Shown here: one piece after another, positions 36,390 through 40,948 of the stretch | How the letters are laid out: each line of letters begins with the position of its first letter | How positions within the stretch are numbered: the stretch's first letter is position 1 | Notes under the pieces: generated by a model | Databases searched by the model: none | Told to the model about the DNA's origin: nothing | The model's input: only the letters and a program-made list of their open reading frames with translations | Translations under genes and position numbers: made by a program | Source: an uncultured Conexibacteraceae bacterium | GTDB lineage: Bacteria > Actinomycetota > Thermoleophilia > Solirubrobacterales > 70-9 | Length of the DNA stretch: 40,948 nucleotides | Assembly (NCBI GenBank): GCA_964487515.1 | Contig: CAZARJ010000001.1 | Location: 1,295 to 42,242, forward strand | Direction: 5' to 3'

Positions 36390-37486
36390 TGCGCCCACGT
36401 TCGATAATCACGGTGCTGGCGGGCCTCGGCTGCGCGCTGCTGCTGGCCGCCTGCGGCTCGTCCGGCGAGGCGACCGCCGGGGCCGAGAACGCCGCTCCGC
36501 CACCCGCGGATCCGAAGGCGCCGGTCAGCGGCACGCTGAGCCTCTTCGCCTACCAGGACACGATCACGGACGCCCTGCTCGATCCGTTCCGGAAGGCGAA
36601 TCCGGACCTGGAGCTGGAGACGGCCGCCTTCGGATCCAACGAGGAGGCGGCGGCGAAGCTGGCGGGCGGCTTTCACGCCGACGTCGTCGAGGTCTGCCTC
36701 GACGAGATGAGCGCGCTGACCGATCGCAACCTCCTGCAGCCGCTCGACCCGGCCGGGATCACGGACTGGGACGAGCTCGTCTTCCGCGACTCCCCCGGCG
36801 TCCGCGACGGCCACGACGTGCTCGTCACCCCGCTCTCCGCCGGGCCGCAGGGGCTGATCTACGACGCCGGCGAGGTCGAGCCGGGCGCGATCGGCTCCTG
36901 GGACGACCTCTTCGACCCCGCCTACGCGGACCGCGTGGCGCTGGAGGGCGACTACGCCCTGCCGGCGATCGCCGAGACCGCCCTGGCGCTCGGCTTCGAC
37001 GACCCGATGAACCTCACGGCTGACCAGCTCGACCAGGTCAAGGAGAAGCTGATCTCCAGCCGCGATCAGTTCCGCTCGCTCTGGCGCTCCGACGCCGACG
37101 TGGTCAACCTGTTCAAGTCGGGCGAGGTCGTCCTGGCCGACGGCGGCCCGGGCCTCACCGAGCGGATCAGGCGCACCGGCGTCGACGCGCAGTGGGTAGC
37201 GCCCGCCGAGCGCCCGCTGTCGTGGGTCTGCGGGCTGGCGGTGACGCGCGACGCGGAGAACCTGGACGCCGCCTACAAGCTGATCAACTGGCAGGCCTCT
37301 CCCGAGGCGCAGGCGATCCGCGCCGAGGCCGGCTACGTCGTGACCAACCCCAAGGCGATCCCGCTGGTCCCGGAAGCGGACCGCAAGACCGCCGACCCGA
37401 AGTCGATCGAGAACGCGATCGCGGAGACCGAGCCCCCGGACTACAGGGACTGGGAGCGGGCCTTCCGCGAGTTTCAAGCCCAGTGA
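36389..37486 (+). CDS. ABC substrate-binding lipoprotein, PotD/PotF family (copy 1)
   Basis: 365 aa with lipobox LLAACGSS. Clearly paralogous to the next gene along its whole length. TGATG overlap with the ATPase stop. Confidence 0.9.
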   Translation: MRPRSIITVLAGLGCALLLAACGSSGEATAGAENAAPPPADPKAPVSGTLSLFAYQDTITDALLDPFRKANPDLELETAAFGSNEEAAAKLAGGFHADVVEVCLDEMSALTDRNLLQPLDPAGITDWDELVFRDSPGVRDGHDVLVTPLSAGPQGLIYDAGEVEPGAIGSWDDLFDPAYADRVALEGDYALPAIAETALALGFDDPMNLTADQLDQVKEKLISSRDQFRSLWRSDADVVNLFKSGEVVLADGGPGLTERIRRTGVDAQWVAPAERPLSWVCGLAVTRDAENLDAAYKLINWQASPEAQAIRAEAGYVVTNPKAIPLVPEADRKTADPKSIENAIAETEPPDYRDWERAFREFQAQ

Positions 37487-37674
37487 AGCGCCGGGAGCCG
37501 GAGGTGACCGTCGCGATGGGCATGACCACACAGAGGACCAAGAGGACAAAGAGGACACCCCAATGAGGAGGAGAGTGGACCATGAGACTAGGGAACGAGG
37601 CGCGCGAAAGCGGGCCGACGGGGAGGCTCGCCGGCTCCGCTGAGCTCCGGCCCGGGCCGAGGAGCACCGGGAAG

Positions 37675-38793
37675 ATGAAAGGTGCGCACACGGCGCGCCG
37701 GGCGGCGCTCATCGCCCTGAGCGTGCTGGCGGCCGCGGCGTTGCTCGTCGCCGGCTGCGGCGGCGACGGCGGCGAGGCCACGGCCGAGGCGGGCAATCTG
37801 GCGCCGCCGCCCCAGGATCCGGACGCGCCGGCTACCGGGACGCTGAGCTTCTTCGCCTACGGGGACACCGTGGTCGACGAGATGCTCGATCCGTTCCGGG
37901 AGGCGAACCCCGACCTGGACCTCGAGGTCGCGACCTTCAACTCCAACAAGGCCGCGGCGGCGAAGCTCGCGGGCGGGTTCGACGCCGACGTGGTGGAGGT
38001 CTGCACCGACGAGATGCAGCCGCTGCTGGCCCGCAACCTGCTCCAGCCGCTGGATCCGAAGGGGGTCACCGACTTCGACAAGCTCGCCTTCTCGGACTCC
38101 GACCAGGTGCGCGACGCGGACGGCAACATCCTGTTCGTGCCCGCCTCGGCCGGCCCCCAGGGGCTGATCGTCAACACCGACGAGGTCGATCCGAGCGAGG
38201 TCGGCTCCTGGGCGGACCTCTACGACGAGGCCTTCGCGGGCCGCGTCGCGCTGGAGGCGACGCCGCTGACCGCGCTCGCCCAGGCGGCCCTGGCGAACGG
38301 GATCGACGACCCGTTCAACATGACCGACGAGGAGATCACGCAGGCCAAGGACTACATCCTCGACCACCGCGACCAGATCCGGGCGTTCGCCGACTCCGAC
38401 GCCTCGATGGTCAACCTGTTCAAGTCGGGCGAGGTCGTGATCGCCGACGGCGGCCGCGGCACGGCGCAGGCGATGATCGACGACGGCGTCCCCGTGGAGT
38501 GGATCGCGCCCGAGGAAGGGGCCCTCTCCTGGGTCTGCGGGCTCGCGATCACCTCGAAGGCGGACAACATCGACGCGGCCTACAGGCTGCTCAACTACTA
38601 CGCCTCGCCCGAGGCGCAGGCGATCTCCGGCGACATGGGCTTCGTGGCCATGAACCCGGACGCCCTGCCGAAGGTGAGCAAGAAGTTCCAGAAGACGGCC
38701 GACCCGCGGAACCTCGAGAACGCGATTCCGCAGACCGAGCCTGACAACGCCTCCGCCTACGACCGGGCATGGCAGGAAATCCAGGCACAGTAG
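37675..38793 (+). CDS. ABC substrate-binding lipoprotein, PotD/PotF family (copy 2)
   Basis: Signal peptide and lipobox MKGAHTARRAALIALSVLAAAALLVAGCGG. The alternative upstream ATG 37582 has a strong GGAGGAG 8 nt upstream, so the start is uncertain. Confidence 0.85.
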   Translation: MKGAHTARRAALIALSVLAAAALLVAGCGGDGGEATAEAGNLAPPPQDPDAPATGTLSFFAYGDTVVDEMLDPFREANPDLDLEVATFNSNKAAAAKLAGGFDADVVEVCTDEMQPLLARNLLQPLDPKGVTDFDKLAFSDSDQVRDADGNILFVPASAGPQGLIVNTDEVDPSEVGSWADLYDEAFAGRVALEATPLTALAQAALANGIDDPFNMTDEEITQAKDYILDHRDQIRAFADSDASMVNLFKSGEVVIADGGRGTAQAMIDDGVPVEWIAPEEGALSWVCGLAITSKADNIDAAYRLLNYYASPEAQAISGDMGFVAMNPDALPKVSKKFQKTADPRNLENAIPQTEPDNASAYDRAWQEIQAQ

Positions 38794-39677
38794 TCGCGCC
38801 CGCGCGGCCGGCGGCACCGGTCGAGCGTCCCCTCGGACACCGCGTCCGCCAGCGGCTCCCCGGCCTCGCCGGGGGGCTGCTGGTGGCCTTCGTGATGGTC
38901 GTCCTGTTCGGCCCCGTGCTGATGCTGGCGCTGTTCTCGTTCAACGACTCGTCGATCATCTCGCTGCCCTGGGAGGGGTTCACGACCAAGTGGTATGACG
39001 AGGCGTGGGCGAACGGCCAGGCCCGCGACGCGGTCGTCAACTCGCTCGTCGTGGCGGCGATCGTGATGGTGCTCTCGGTCGTGCTCGGCACGCTCTGCGC
39101 CTGGGGGCTGACCCGGCTGCGCTTCCGGGGACGGGCCTTCGTCGCCGGCCTGAACGGCGCGGTGCTCGTCGTCCCCTGGCTGATCATCGGCGTCGCCGGG
39201 CTGATCTTCTTCAGCCAGCTCGAGGTCGCCCTGTCGCTGGAGACGATCGGCTTGATGCACCTGGTCGTCACCTTCCCGCTCGTCGTCGCGATCGTCTCCG
39301 CCGGGCTGGTCCGCTTCCAGCGCTCGCTCGAGGAGGCCGCGATCGACCTCGGCGCAACGCAGCGGCAGATGCTGCGCTACGTGGTCCTCCCCCAGATCGG
39401 GCCCTCGATCGCCGCCTCGGCGATCTTCTCCTTCGCCTGGTCGTTCAACAACTTCGAGATCTCGTTCTTCACCGGCGGCTTCGAGCAGACGTTCCCGGTC
39501 TGGGTCTTCTCGATCCTGCGCCAGTCCGAGAACCTGCCGATCGTCAACGCGGTCTCGACCGTGATCGCCGCGGCCCAGATCGTCGCCGTCTTCGGGGCCT
39601 GGCTGCTGATCAAGCGGCTGACCCGCAACGAGGGCGAGGACCGGGTCGCCGGGCTGCTCACCGGAGGCGCGCGCTGA
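38769..39677 (+). CDS. ABC transporter permease (PotC-like)
   Basis: 302 aa membrane protein with an EAA loop (EAAIDLGATQRQMLRYVVLP). The start overlaps the end of the binding-protein gene by 25 nt, so the start is moderately uncertain. Confidence 0.85.
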   Translation: MAGNPGTVVAPARPAAPVERPLGHRVRQRLPGLAGGLLVAFVMVVLFGPVLMLALFSFNDSSIISLPWEGFTTKWYDEAWANGQARDAVVNSLVVAAIVMVLSVVLGTLCAWGLTRLRFRGRAFVAGLNGAVLVVPWLIIGVAGLIFFSQLEVALSLETIGLMHLVVTFPLVVAIVSAGLVRFQRSLEEAAIDLGATQRQMLRYVVLPQIGPSIAASAIFSFAWSFNNFEISFFTGGFEQTFPVWVFSILRQSENLPIVNAVSTVIAAAQIVAVFGAWLLIKRLTRNEGEDRVAGLLTGGAR

Positions 39678-40615
39678 TGGAGGCGGCCACGAGCACCACG
39701 GCGATGCCCCCGGCCGGCGCGGGGGCGGGCGCCCCCGCCCCGGCTCACCACCGGCGCTCGCGCGGCCGGCGGCTGCTTCAGCCGCTCGCCTTCATGGGAA
39801 CGCCGACGGCGCTGCTCGTCGTCTTCTTCCTCGCCCCGATGCTGGTCATGCTCGGGGTCGCCCTGGACCGCGGCCTGCTCGACGGCGGCGTCGGCTTCAA
39901 CTTCACGCTGATCAACTTCATCGACGTCGTCACCGACCCGCTGTATCTGGACGTCGCCGTGACCACCTTCGAGATCGCGACGATGGCGATGCTCGCCCAG
40001 CTCATCGTCGCGGTGCCGCTCGCCTACGTGATCGCCTTCAAGGCGGGCCGCTGGCAGCTGCCGATCCTGCTCTTCCTGGTCCTCGCCGACGAGCTCAACC
40101 CGATGGTCCGGATCTACGCCTGGCGGATGCTGCTCGGCCGCGAGGGGCTGATCAACGACGCGCTCATGAGCATCGGGATCATCGACCAGCCGATCGACGC
40201 CCTGCTGTTCAGCCAGTTCGCGGTCACGGTCGTCCTGGCGACCGGCTACATCACCTACACCGTGATCCCGATCTACGGCGCGATGAAGGCGATCGACGCC
40301 AACGTCTTCGAGGCCGCGCGCGACCTCGGCGCGGGCTGGTGGACGACGACCCGGCGCGTGCTGCTGCCGCTGATCGCGCCCGGCATCTTCGTCGCCCTGC
40401 TGCTCGTCTACATCCCCCTGTTCACCGACTTCGCCAGCCCGGCGCTGGTCGGCGGCACGAGCGGCTACATGCTCGGCAACGTGGTCCAGGACCTGGTCCT
40501 GGAGTCGGGCGATCTGAACCGGGGCGCGGCGATGAGCATCGTGATGCTCGGGCTCTCGGCGCTGTTCGCGGTCGTCGCCTACAAGATGGCTCGATTCAAC
40601 CGGCTGGAGAGCTGA
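39677..40615 (+). CDS. ABC transporter permease (PotB-like)
   Basis: Start at MEAATST (ATG 39677, TGATG overlap). EAA loop EAARDLGAGWWTTTRRVLLP. The upstream part of listed ORF 39005.. is an open alternative frame of the previous gene. Confidence 0.85.
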   Translation: MEAATSTTAMPPAGAGAGAPAPAHHRRSRGRRLLQPLAFMGTPTALLVVFFLAPMLVMLGVALDRGLLDGGVGFNFTLINFIDVVTDPLYLDVAVTTFEIATMAMLAQLIVAVPLAYVIAFKAGRWQLPILLFLVLADELNPMVRIYAWRMLLGREGLINDALMSIGIIDQPIDALLFSQFAVTVVLATGYITYTVIPIYGAMKAIDANVFEAARDLGAGWWTTTRRVLLPLIAPGIFVALLLVYIPLFTDFASPALVGGTSGYMLGNVVQDLVLESGDLNRGAAMSIVMLGLSALFAVVAYKMARFNRLES

Positions 40616-40617
40616 GC

Positions 40618-40948
40618 GTGGGAACGGTGGGCTCCGCCGGCCGCGCGCCGGGCGCCGGCGAGGAAACCCGCACCGGCCGGACTCCCGGAACCGGCGGCAT
40701 GCCCGGGGTCTCCCGGACGCGAGGGACGCGAGGCTGGGACGCGGTGATCGTCGGCGGCGGGCACAACGGCCTCGTCGCCGGCTTCTACCTGGCGCGCGCC
40801 GGGCTGCGCACCCTGATCCTGGAGCGGCGCGAGCTCGTCGGCGGCTGCTGCGTGACCGAGGAGCTCGCCCCCGGCTTCCGGGCCTCGACCGGCGCCTACG
40901 TGATCAGCATGCTGCGCGAGCCGGTCTGGCGCGACATGCGCCTCGCCG
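40618..40948 (+). CDS. FAD/NAD(P)-dependent oxidoreductase, phytoene-desaturase (CrtI)-like; 3' end outside window
   Basis: My own translation of the open frame runs from GTG 40618 (or ATG 40699) to the window edge. It contains a dinucleotide-binding motif (WDAVIVGGGHNGLVAGFYLARAGLRTLILERRELVGGC). Not in the supplied ORF track because it has no stop. Confidence 0.75.
   Translation, partial: MGTVGSAGRAPGAGEETRTGRTPGTGGMPGVSRTRGTRGWDAVIVGGGHNGLVAGFYLARAGLRTLILERRELVGGCCVTEELAPGFRASTGAYVISMLREPVWRDMRLA

Noticed and set aside
32340-36398. 1352-aa ORF on the minus strand spanning the GntR-to-ABC ATPase genes
   Set aside because: It runs antisense to four well-conserved + strand genes. The translation is low-complexity (R/A/G/P-rich) with no recognisable domain. 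This is the typical stop-codon-poor shadow frame of very GC-rich DNA.

Overview
Very GC-rich bacterial chromosomal DNA. The codon bias, an F420-type LLM oxidoreductase and igr-like genes suggest an actinobacterium, but I cannot confirm this. I found no rRNA, tRNA, transposase, integrase or cas genes. Long ORFs lying antisense to or out of frame with conserved genes are treated as GC-driven shadows. The window has four parts. (1) 1-19.3 kb is a nitrogen-compound and acyl-CoA catabolic neighbourhood. It holds a class III aminotransferase plus alanine dehydrogenase, a PotABCD-like importer, a NodB-fold hydrolase, two acyl-CoA dehydrogenases, a LacI regulator and an AMP-ligase. It also holds a tightly coupled 7-gene operon (ACAD, DUF1989, two MaoC, a Cys-less thiolase-fold protein, DUF35, ureohydrolase), followed by an EamA transporter and an M20 carbamoyl-amidohydrolase. 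(2) 19.3-24.7 kb holds a VOC protein, a large two-lobed ThyX-like protein, a secreted trypsin-like protease and acetyl-CoA synthetase. (3) 24.7-30.4 kb looks less GC-rich by eye. It holds three diverged tandem repeats, a class II Fic protein, vapBC, hipBA with three phased operator boxes, and a RibD_C-family gene bracketed by two copies of a 53-bp hairpin element. (4) 30.4-40.9 kb is a GntR-controlled operon. It encodes a variant enolase paralog, a MOFRL glycerate 2-kinase, a second PotABCD-like importer with two tandem paralogous binding proteins, and a CrtI-like flavoprotein. A GSA-aminomutase-like aminotransferase is transcribed divergently from it. The best candidates for undescribed biology are the igr-like cassette fused to guanidino/ureido hydrolases, and the enolase/glycerate-kinase/amine-importer operon.
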